From: an uncultured bacterium
Lineage (GTDB): Bacteria; Acidobacteriota; Aminicenantia; Aminicenantales; Aminicenantaceae
DNA length: 33,757 nt
Direction: 5' to 3'
Assembly: GCA_965603105.1 (NCBI GenBank)
Contig: CBFDBS010000002.1
Coordinates: 1-33,757 of the forward strand
In this document: piece after piece, positions 9,059-16,072 of the stretch
Numbering within the stretch: position 1 is the stretch's first letter
Layout of the letters: every line of letters starts with the position of its first letter
Made by a program: the position numbers and the translations under genes
The notes under the pieces: generated by a model
Seen by the model: only the letters and a program-made list of their open reading frames with translations
Database searches by the model: none
Told to the model about the DNA's origin: nothing

Positions 9059-10362
9059 CAGAAATCCTTCAAGACATCCTCAAGGGTGGGAGATCCCCAC
9101 TCTTCCAGTTCGTATTTGACACGCAAAATCCTTTTGTTTGTTTTGATCAGCCTCCCCAAGTCGATCGGGGTGGCGCCGATAACGAGATCACATTCGGAAC
9201 GGTTGATGGTCTGAGCCAGTTCCTCGATCTGCTCCTGTCCATAACCCATGGCCGGGAGAACCCGGTCGAGATGGGAGTACTTCTCAAATGTCTCCTTGAT
9301 GCTGCCCACGGCATAAGGCCGGGGGTCAATGATACGGGCAGCACCGTATTGTTCTGCGGCTACGATGCCCGCTCCATAGGACATACCTCCATGGGTCAGA
9401 GTCGGCCCGTCTTCGACGACTAACACCGTCTTTCCGGTGATTTCTTCCCCCTCGCTGACCGAGATCGGGGAGTTGGCTCGGATGACAATGGCGCTGGGAT
9501 TGAAGGCTTGGATGTTAGCCACAACACGGTCGATATTTTCCTTTTTGGCCGTCCCCATCTTGTTGATGAGAAGGACGTGGGCTCTCTTGAAATTGACTTC
9601 ACCCGGGTAGAACATGAGTTCGTGACCCGGCCGGTGAGGATCGACGAGCACAATCTCTAAATCAGCTCTATAGAAAGGGAAGTCGTTGTTACCTCCGTCC
9701 CAGAGAATGATGTCAGACTCTTTTTCAGCTTCCTCCAGGATTGCGCCGTAGTCCACTCCGGCATAGACGATGATTCCGTTCTGGATGTGGGGCTCGTATT
9801 CTTCCATCTCTTCGATCGTGCATTCGTTCTTGATCATGTCGTCGTAAGTGGCGAACCGTTGAACTTTTTGCTTGACGAGATCTCCATAGGGCATAGGATG
9901 CCTGATGACCACAACTTTCCTTCCTTTTTCCTTGAGGAGGAGTGCGATTTTGCGGCTGGTCTGGCTCTTGCCGGCTCCTGTCCGGACGGCACAGACCGAA
10001 ATCAAAGGTTTTTGACTGGAGATCATTGTCTCTCTGGGGCCGAGAAGAGTGAAACTGGCTCCTGCGGCCATGACGTCTGCAGCCTTATGCATTACATATT
10101 CATAGGAAGTGTCGCTGTAGGAGAAGAAGACTTCGGTGATATCCAGTGACTTGATCAGCTTGGTCAAGTCTTCTTCGGGATGGATGGGGATTCCTTCCGG
10201 GTAAAGCTTGCCGGCCAGTTCAGAAGGGTACTTCCGCCCGTCGATATCGGGAATCTGAGTGGCCGTAAAGGCCATGACGCGGAAGGCATTGTTATCTCTG
10301 AAAAAAGTATTGAAATTATGAAAATCCCTTCCGGCGGCGCCCATGATCAAAACATTTTTCAT
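9058..10362 (-). CDS. uncharacterised P-loop protein of the COG2403 type (predicted GTPase / cyclic 2,3-diphosphoglycerate synthetase-like)
   Basis: 434 aa with N-terminal MGAAGRDFHNFN, a Walker A-like VRTGAGKSQTS and a C-terminal PTLTHGGMSYGAG. The family assignment is from memory of this architecture, not from a search. A GGAG lies 8 nt upstream of the ATG. Confidence 0.7.
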   Translation of the reverse strand: MKNVLIMGAAGRDFHNFNTFFRDNNAFRVMAFTATQIPDIDGRKYPSELAGKLYPEGIPIHPEEDLTKLIKSLDITEVFFSYSDTSYEYVMHKAADVMAAGASFTLLGPRETMISSQKPLISVCAVRTGAGKSQTSRKIALLLKEKGRKVVVIRHPMPYGDLVKQKVQRFATYDDMIKNECTIEEMEEYEPHIQNGIIVYAGVDYGAILEEAEKESDIILWDGGNNDFPFYRADLEIVLVDPHRPGHELMFYPGEVNFKRAHVLLINKMGTAKKENIDRVVANIQAFNPSAIVIRANSPISVSEGEEITGKTVLVVEDGPTLTHGGMSYGAGIVAAEQYGAARIIDPRPYAVGSIKETFEKYSHLDRVLPAMGYGQEQIEELAQTINRSECDLVIGATPIDLGRLIKTNKRILRVKYELEEWGSPTLEDVLKDF

Positions 10363-10604
10363 TCCATTTGCTCCATTGCGTTATTTGTTTTTTTATAAGT
10401 ATATAAGTCCTAAAAAGATAAGGCTTAGTATAATATACACCATATAATTATGCAATCTGAAAAGAGGCGGGTGGCTCATTTCCAAAATGTGATATAGATT
10501 GGTTCACTTCCATATTGTGTGGGTCAGATACTGAAATGGCCTTGCTCCCTTCAGATTTTTAACGCCGCCACACCACCCATCCATTTAAAACTGCAGGTTT
10601 TTTC

Positions 10605-10848
10605 CCCTGAAAAGGTGGCGGTCGCGGAACTCCGCCCCTGTAATCTGAGCTTCTATATTAGACTATCGAGAAAATGCGTGCCTCTTTTTTAATCCCTTCC
10701 GTGCTCAAACATTCGCGACCGACCGGCGAGGCCGGTTTCCCTTGAGGTCGGCTCGAGAAGGCTAAATCTTCAATGGTCGCTTCAACCATTCCTTGTATTT
10801 TACCCTCACAAAATGGAAGAGAACTTAAAAATATAACCTTGGATTCAT
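10605..10848 (-). other. candidate small independent transcription unit (sRNA or 43-codon sORF) inside the 593-bp ORF-free region
   Basis: On the minus strand there is TTGACC (10883-10878), a 17-nt spacer and TATTTT (10860-10855). A 43-codon ORF follows (10789-10658), then a GGCGG/CCGCC hairpin (10636-10617) followed by ACC and UUUU (10613-10610). The SD for the sORF is poor. Confidence 0.2.
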
Positions 10849-10955
10849 ATCACGAAAATAGAGGAGTGCTCCGTTCTGGTCAAAAAGAGATGTAAAGGTT
10901 ATACTTCAATAATCCTCTGTCGTGAATTTAGACAGGGATAGGAGATGGAGGTGCG

Positions 10956-11438
10956 ATGATCGGGATAATGTCCGATTCCCATGACAATCTGGACGCCGTC
11001 AAAGAGGCCGTCCGGTTATTCAAACGTCTGGATTGTCAACTTGTTATCCACGGGGGTGATTTTGTCGCTCCTTTTACTGTGCTGGAAATGAGTCGACTTC
11101 CCTGCAGGATCAAGGCAGTCTTCGGGAATTGCGACGGAGAGAAAAAAGGCTTGGCCGCTGCCGTCAAGCCTTTTGGTGAAATTGAAGAGTCCCCCCATCT
11201 TTTTGAATGGAGGGGTTTTCAGTTCCTCCTGATGCATGTGGATTATGATGTATCTGCCCTAGTGGCCCGGCACAAACCAGATTTTCTTGTCTTCGGACAT
11301 ACTCATAAGCCTGAAATCAAGACGAGAGGGAAGACGCTTTTGATCAATCCCGGGGAAACGGGAGGTTGGGTCTCCGGAAGGAAAACAGTTGCCCTTCTGG
11401 ACCCGGAAAGGAGAAAGGCCGAAATCCTTCCTCTTTGA
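10956..11438 (+). CDS. MJ0936/YfcE-family metallophosphoesterase
   Basis: Motifs SDSHDN, GGD, GNCDGE and GHTHKP. Size is 160 aa. A GGAGGTG SD sits upstream. Confidence 0.85.
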   Translation: MIGIMSDSHDNLDAVKEAVRLFKRLDCQLVIHGGDFVAPFTVLEMSRLPCRIKAVFGNCDGEKKGLAAAVKPFGEIEESPHLFEWRGFQFLLMHVDYDVSALVARHKPDFLVFGHTHKPEIKTRGKTLLINPGETGGWVSGRKTVALLDPERRKAEILPL

Positions 11439-11597
11439 AGGACAGGTAAGAGCTATGCCGCGAGGGATCAATCGCCGTCAGAAACCGGGGTGGCAGAAGT
11501 TGCGGAAACAGCCCCCTCCTCCTCCGGGGGGGCCAAATCGTATCCCGTCCGGGCAAAAGGAAAGAGAATCCGGGCAAGGTGGAAGAATAAAGAAACG

Positions 11598-12578
11598 ATG
11601 AACACACCGATCAATTGGGGTATCCTGGGGACGGGATCCATCGCCGAAAAATTCGCTTACGGCCTGTCCTTCGTTCCCCATGCAAAACTTGTGGCTGTCG
11701 GTTCACGCTCTTCGGAATCCGCTCAAATTTTCGGTCAGAAGTTCGGTATCCCGAAAAGGTTCGGCGGCTATGAACGCCTGGCGAGGGAATCCGATGTGGA
11801 AATTGTCTACGTTGCCACTCCCCACAGCCAACATGCGGACAACAGCCTTCTTCTTCTGCAAGAGGGGAAGGCCGTCCTTTGTGAAAAACCCTTCACCATC
11901 AATTCCCTCGAGGCGGAACGAGTCATTACTCTGGCCAGAAGAAAAGAGCTTTTTCTGATGGAAGCCATGTGGACGCGTTTTCTTCCTTCCATAGCTAAGG
12001 TTAGGAAGCTCATCGATGAGGGAGCGATCGGAGATATCCAGATGGTCAATGCCGGTTTTGGGTTCCGGGCGGCCTATGATCCCGGACATCGTCTTTTCGA
12101 TCCTTCTCTAGGCGGCGGCGCTCTTTTGGATGTGGGCATCTATTCCGTTTCTCTCTCTTCGATGACACTCGGATATCCCAAGAATATAATCAGTTCCGTC
12201 CATCTGGGAGAAACAGGAGTGGATGAACAAGGGGCGATCGTTCTGGGATACGAACAGGGAAAAATGGCGGTATTGACCATGGCTATCCGGGCGGAACTTC
12301 CTCAGGAGGCCTACATTGTGGGCACCAAAGGCAGGATCTGCATTCACTCTCCCTGGTGGAAGTCGAAAAGAATCACCCTTCTGGCAGGGAAAAGAGAAGA
12401 GGCCTATGATTTTAGCTTCGAGGGCAATGGATTGAACTATGAGGCTGATGAAGTGATGAAGTGTCTTAGAGAAGGCAAGAGAGAGAGCGATATCATGCCT
12501 CTGAATGAGACGTTGGCCGTCATGAAGATTCTAGACCAAATCAGGGCTCTCTGGGGCCTGAAGTACCCCATGGAGTGA
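11598..12578 (+). CDS. Gfo/Idh/MocA-family NAD(P)-dependent oxidoreductase (dihydrodiol dehydrogenase-like)
   Basis: N-terminal INWGILGTGSIAEKF Rossmann fold and the EKP motif (CEKPFT). I set the start at the ATG at 11598, because the 36-codon upstream extension in the ORF track is Gly/Arg/Lys-rich junk. Confidence 0.85.
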   Translation: MNTPINWGILGTGSIAEKFAYGLSFVPHAKLVAVGSRSSESAQIFGQKFGIPKRFGGYERLARESDVEIVYVATPHSQHADNSLLLLQEGKAVLCEKPFTINSLEAERVITLARRKELFLMEAMWTRFLPSIAKVRKLIDEGAIGDIQMVNAGFGFRAAYDPGHRLFDPSLGGGALLDVGIYSVSLSSMTLGYPKNIISSVHLGETGVDEQGAIVLGYEQGKMAVLTMAIRAELPQEAYIVGTKGRICIHSPWWKSKRITLLAGKREEAYDFSFEGNGLNYEADEVMKCLREGKRESDIMPLNETLAVMKILDQIRALWGLKYPME

Positions 12579-12625
12579 TTCCTGTCCCCCCTCCATATTC
12601 CTCGAATGGAGAGAAATGCGCATTA

Positions 12626-12654
12626 TTGACTTTGGAGGGGTAAACCTTTAATAT
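12626..12654 (+). promoter_or_regulatory. sigma70-type promoter for tRNA-Val (and possibly thrS)
   Basis: TTGACT (12626-12631), a 17-nt spacer and TAATAT (12649-12654), about 19 nt upstream of the mature tRNA 5' end. Confidence 0.6.
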
Positions 12655-12672
12655 ATACAGGCTTTCAAGCAA

Positions 12673-12747
12673 AGGCGCGTAGCTCAGTGGCAGAGTGCTT
12701 CCTTGACGCGGAAGAAGTCGAGGGTTCGATCCCCTCCGCGCCTACCA
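12673..12747 (+). tRNA. tRNA-Val (anticodon GAC), CCA encoded
   Basis: Hand-folded cloverleaf. The acceptor is AGGCGCG/CGCGCCU (A1:U72) and the D arm is GCUC/GAGU. The anticodon stem is CUUCC/GGAAG with loop UUGACGC. The variable loop is 5 nt and the T arm is GAGGG-UUCGAUC-CCCUC. The discriminator is A73, followed by CCA. Confidence 0.9.
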
Positions 12748-12819
12748 TTTATTTTTAGGAGTTTGTCTTCAAGAGGAAAAGTCGCTGAAAACGCCTTCAC
12801 CTTTGAAACATATAAATCC

Positions 12820-14742
12820 ATGAGTCAGTCTGTTCAGATCAAATTCGAGGGATCTCTTTACTCTGTAGAGAAAGGCTCCCTTCTTAAGGCATTTCTTTCA
12901 GAACGCGTGCTCAACAGGATGCCTCTGGTTGCACTGGTGAATGGACAGTTGAGGGACTTGAGCCTGGAGCTGACGGAAGATGCAGATGTCCAGCCTGTCT
13001 ATGAAGGAGAGGAGAGTGCTCTGCATGTGCTCCGGCACAGCGCTGCTCATCTTCTCGCCCATGCGGTCGTCAGCCTCTTTCCCGGAACCCAGGTCGGTGT
13101 CGGCCCGGATATAGAAAACGGGTATTATTATGATTTCTTAAGGGAGCAGCCGTTCACCCTGGATGAACTTGTGGTCATTGAGGATAAAATGAGGGAATTG
13201 GCCCAGGAAGATGCCCCCATCGAAAGGATCATCCTCGCCAAAGATGACGCGGTCAAAATGTTCCGCGACATGGGTCAGGAGCTCAAGGTGGAACTCATCG
13301 AGGAGAAAGGAGGCGACGAGGTCTCCTGCTACCGGCAGGGAGAATTCATCGATTTCTGTCTGGGACCGCACGTCCCCTCATCGGGCCGCATCAAGCACTT
13401 CAAATTGCTCTCTGTCTCGGGAGCTTACTGGAAAGGAGACGAGAAAGGCATTCAGCTCCAGCGGATCTACGGAACGGCTTTTTTCACCAACAAGGATCTG
13501 AAGCGCTATCTCCACCTTGTCGAAGAGGCGAAAAAGAGGGATCACCGCAAGCTCGGTCCGGCAATGGATCTCTTCAGCTTCAACGAAAGCCTCGGTGCAG
13601 GGCTCATCCTCTGGCATCCCAAGGGGGCCTCCGTCCGGCGTGCCATAGAAGACTACTGGTATGATGAGCACTTCAAAGCCGGCTATGAAATTCTGAACAC
13701 CCCCCACATTGCCAAGCTTGATGTTTGGCGCACCAGCGGCCACACCGAGTTCTATGATGCGCTCTACCCGCCACTTTTGAGTGAGGGCATCGAGTATGAA
13801 CTCAAGCCCATGAACTGCCCTTTCCACATTATGGTCTACAAGACCAAGCAAAGGAGCTATCGGGAGCTTCCCCTCCGCTGGGCCGAACTGGGGACGGTCT
13901 ACCGGTACGAAAGGAGCGGAGTTCTTCACGGCCTGCTAAGAGTCAGGGGTTTCACACAGGATGATGCCCATATCTTCTGCCGGACAGACCAGCTGGAAGA
14001 GGAAATCAAAAGAGTGGTCAACCTGGCCGTAAAACTTCTGGGCACCTTCGGATTTTCCGAGTATGAGGTATTCCTCTCCACCTGTCCCGAAAAATTCTGC
14101 GGTCTGGAGGAGGATTGGCGCGATGCCGAAGCCTCATTGGACAGAGCTCTTCGCGGACTTGGGTTGAAATTCCAGGTGGATGAAGGCGAGGGTGTGTTCT
14201 ACGGCCCGAAAATTGATATCAAAGTCAGGGATGCCTTGCAAAGGTCCTGGCAGTTAACCACCTGCCAGCTCGATTTCAACCTTGCCGAAAGGTTCGACCT
14301 TAACTACGTCGGAGAGGACGGAAAATTCCACAGACCTTACCTCGTGCACAGGGCACTCCTGGGTTCTCTGGAACGGTTTTTCGGAATCCTCATCGAGCAT
14401 TATAACGGAAATTTCCCTCTCTGGATGGCCCCCGTTCAGATTGTCACCATTCCTATCGCCGACCGCCATAACACCTATGCCGAATCATTAGATGCACGGT
14501 TCAGGGAAAACAGGATCCGGGCCACAGTCGATGTGCGGAGAGAGAAGGTAGGCTATAAGGTCAGGGATGCCGAAACAGACAAAGTCCCCCTCATCCTCAT
14601 TGTGGGAGACAGAGAAGTCGAACAGAACAGTGCATCCTTGAGGATTCATGGGCAAGGAGATATGGGGGAAATCCAAGTCAATGAATTCCTTGAAAAAGTT
14701 AAAGTTTTGATTGAAAATAGATCTTTGAGCGTCACTTTTTAA
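12820..14742 (+). CDS. thrS: threonine--tRNA ligase
   Basis: A TGS-like N-terminus, the HSAAHLLAH editing-domain motif, class II core motifs (FRxE-like YRYERSG, GFTQDDAH) and an anticodon-binding C-terminus. I set the start at the ATG at 12820, because the ORF-track start at 12703 lies inside the tRNA. Confidence 0.9.
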   Translation: MSQSVQIKFEGSLYSVEKGSLLKAFLSERVLNRMPLVALVNGQLRDLSLELTEDADVQPVYEGEESALHVLRHSAAHLLAHAVVSLFPGTQVGVGPDIENGYYYDFLREQPFTLDELVVIEDKMRELAQEDAPIERIILAKDDAVKMFRDMGQELKVELIEEKGGDEVSCYRQGEFIDFCLGPHVPSSGRIKHFKLLSVSGAYWKGDEKGIQLQRIYGTAFFTNKDLKRYLHLVEEAKKRDHRKLGPAMDLFSFNESLGAGLILWHPKGASVRRAIEDYWYDEHFKAGYEILNTPHIAKLDVWRTSGHTEFYDALYPPLLSEGIEYELKPMNCPFHIMVYKTKQRSYRELPLRWAELGTVYRYERSGVLHGLLRVRGFTQDDAHIFCRTDQLEEEIKRVVNLAVKLLGTFGFSEYEVFLSTCPEKFCGLEEDWRDAEASLDRALRGLGLKFQVDEGEGVFYGPKIDIKVRDALQRSWQLTTCQLDFNLAERFDLNYVGEDGKFHRPYLVHRALLGSLERFFGILIEHYNGNFPLWMAPVQIVTIPIADRHNTYAESLDARFRENRIRATVDVRREKVGYKVRDAETDKVPLILIVGDREVEQNSASLRIHGQGDMGEIQVNEFLEKVKVLIENRSLSVTF

Positions 14743-14754
14743 AGGAGGCATATC

Positions 14755-15387
14755 ATCAAAGGACGCAGATATTATCCCGGTGGAGGAAGAAGGGAAAAAC
14801 CGCATAAGATCAATGAAATGATTCGGGTCAATGAAGTGAGAATCATCGATGAGGACAAAAACCAGTTGGGAGTAATGTCCACCCAAGATGCTCTGGCCCT
14901 GGCTAAGGAAAGGGACTTGGATCTGGTGGAAGTGGCCCCGCAAGCCACACCTCCTGTCTGTCGAATCATGGATTACGGGAAATTCCTTTACGAACTGCAC
15001 AAGAAAGCCCATGAAGCCAAGAAGCATCAGAAACAGATCCAGGTCAAAGAGATCAAGTTTCGGCCCAAAATCAGCATCCATGATTACACCTTCAAAATGC
15101 GTCATGTTGAGCGCTTTCTCAAAGAAGGAAACAAAGTCAAGATCACGGTGATGTTGCGAGGGAGAGAAAAGGCAAAGCCCGAATTGGCCTTCGCCATATT
15201 GGACAGGGTTTTTGCCGATGTTGAAGGACTGGGACATAAGGATGGAGATGTACGGAGACAGAGTTGGGCTGTATCCGCCTTGTTGAGCCCCGTTAAATCA
15301 GGAGGAAAAGATGCCAAAACTAAAGACACACAAGGGAGCCCAGAAAAGGTTCAAAGTGACAGGCAAGAAAAAAATAGTTCACAGTAA
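14755..15387 (+). CDS. infC: translation initiation factor IF-3, probable non-AUG (AUC) start
   Basis: The frame is open from 14743. The codons upstream of the first ATG (14818) encode ...[20 protein letters not shown], which aligns with the basic N-terminal tail and the INE-IR--EVR start of IF3. AGGAGG (14743-14748) is followed by in-frame ATC codons at 14752 and 14755. The 3' end runs 77 nt into rpmI. Confidence 0.75.
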   Translation: MKGRRYYPGGGRREKPHKINEMIRVNEVRIIDEDKNQLGVMSTQDALALAKERDLDLVEVAPQATPPVCRIMDYGKFLYELHKKAHEAKKHQKQIQVKEIKFRPKISIHDYTFKMRHVERFLKEGNKVKITVMLRGREKAKPELAFAILDRVFADVEGLGHKDGDVRRQSWAVSALLSPVKSGGKDAKTKDTQGSPEKVQSDRQEKNSSQ

Positions 15388-15511
15388 AGCATACAAAAGC
15401 CATATCCTGACCAAGAAGAGTACAAAAAGAAAAAGGAATCTCAGGAAACAGGATGTCATAAGCAAAGCGGATCACGGGAACGTCAAGGAAATGCTCCCTT
15501 ATAAATTTTAG
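15311..15511 (+). CDS. rpmI: 50S ribosomal protein L35
   Basis: [18 protein letters not shown]...[16 protein letters not shown], with an AGGAGG SD. Confidence 0.9.
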   Translation: MPKLKTHKGAQKRFKVTGKKKIVHSKAYKSHILTKKSTKRKRNLRKQDVISKADHGNVKEMLPYKF

Positions 15512-15694
15512 AGACATTTCCACACGTATTGGAAGCTTAAAAGTGGGGTTGGACGGAATAACGATGTATGACCATTTGTTTGCTGTTCAAATTACAGAAG
15601 AGCCGAGAGGAAGAGAAAAATACAGAAGAGGGCTGTATCAGAGCCCTTCATCAGTTATCGGTGATTGAGAACAGCAGCTGAAGGAGATAGAAAG

Positions 15695-16051
15695 ATGCCA
15701 AGAGTCAAAAGAGGAACAAAAAAAAGGCAGCGGCGGACAAAAATAATGAAGCTCGCTAAGGGCTACTGGGGTGCTCGGGGTCACAACTACCGCACAGCCA
15801 AAGAGGCGGTTGAAAGAGCACTTCAGTATTCCTACAGGGACCGAAGGTCACGAAAGCGGGACTTCAGACGCCTTTGGATCGTGAGGATTAAAGCGGCCTC
15901 AGAAGCGAACGGTCTATCCTACAGCCGCTTCATCCACGGTCTCAAAATGCACAACATCGAGATTGACCGCAAGATATTGGCCGATCTCGCCGTGACTTCA
16001 CCCAAAACCTTCGGACGCATTGTTGACAAAGTCAAGGAGGCAACGGCTTAG
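15695..16051 (+). CDS. rplT: 50S ribosomal protein L20
   Basis: [26 protein letters not shown], with an AAGGAG SD. The ORF-track start at 15665 is upstream of the SD. Confidence 0.9.
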   Translation: MPRVKRGTKKRQRRTKIMKLAKGYWGARGHNYRTAKEAVERALQYSYRDRRSRKRDFRRLWIVRIKAASEANGLSYSRFIHGLKMHNIEIDRKILADLAVTSPKTFGRIVDKVKEATA

Positions 16052-16072
16052 TCGATAGCAGAGAAAGAAAAA

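Noticed and set aside
8438-9214. 258-aa plus-strand ORF (with smaller ones at 8112-8330, 8415-8654 and 8664-8870).
   Set aside because: It is entirely antisense to the well-supported carbamate kinase and COG2403 genes. It has no SD, and its Arg/Ser/Gly/His-rich composition is typical of an antisense read-through frame.
10400-10460. ARG-box-like operator (TGCATAATTATATGG on the minus strand) upstream of the arcC/argF operon.
   Set aside because: It matches only about 10 of 14 positions of one half of the E. coli/Bacillus ARG box, in a generally AT-rich stretch with no second box at the usual spacing. That is too weak to call.
10363-10955. Possibility that the divergent, AT-rich 593-bp gap is a replication origin, since genes point away from it on both sides.
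   Set aside because: I found no cluster of DnaA boxes (TTATCCACA or its complement), and the best match is a single 7/9 hit. No dnaA or dnaN is nearby, and gene orientation flips again at 31.5 kb, so the divergence is local.
10363-10955. Known housekeeping RNAs or riboswitches in the large gap (RNase P, tmRNA, SRP RNA, TPP, cobalamin, glycine, ZTP, fluoride, c-di-GMP).
   Set aside because: I could not find their signature motifs by eye (for example GGAAAGTCC, GGAAGCAGCC, a tRNA-like CCA end, or CTGAGA...ACCTGA). Only a covariance-model search can exclude them formally.
12703-12819. Upstream extension of thrS (ORF-track start 12703) and a similar extension of the oxidoreductase (11490-11597).
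   Set aside because: The thrS extension starts inside tRNA-Val. Both extensions are basic or low-complexity and precede Met codons that match the family N-termini.
14488-15237. 249-aa minus-strand ORF.
   Set aside because: It is antisense to the thrS 3' end and infC. It has no motif and lies within a conserved plus-strand operon.
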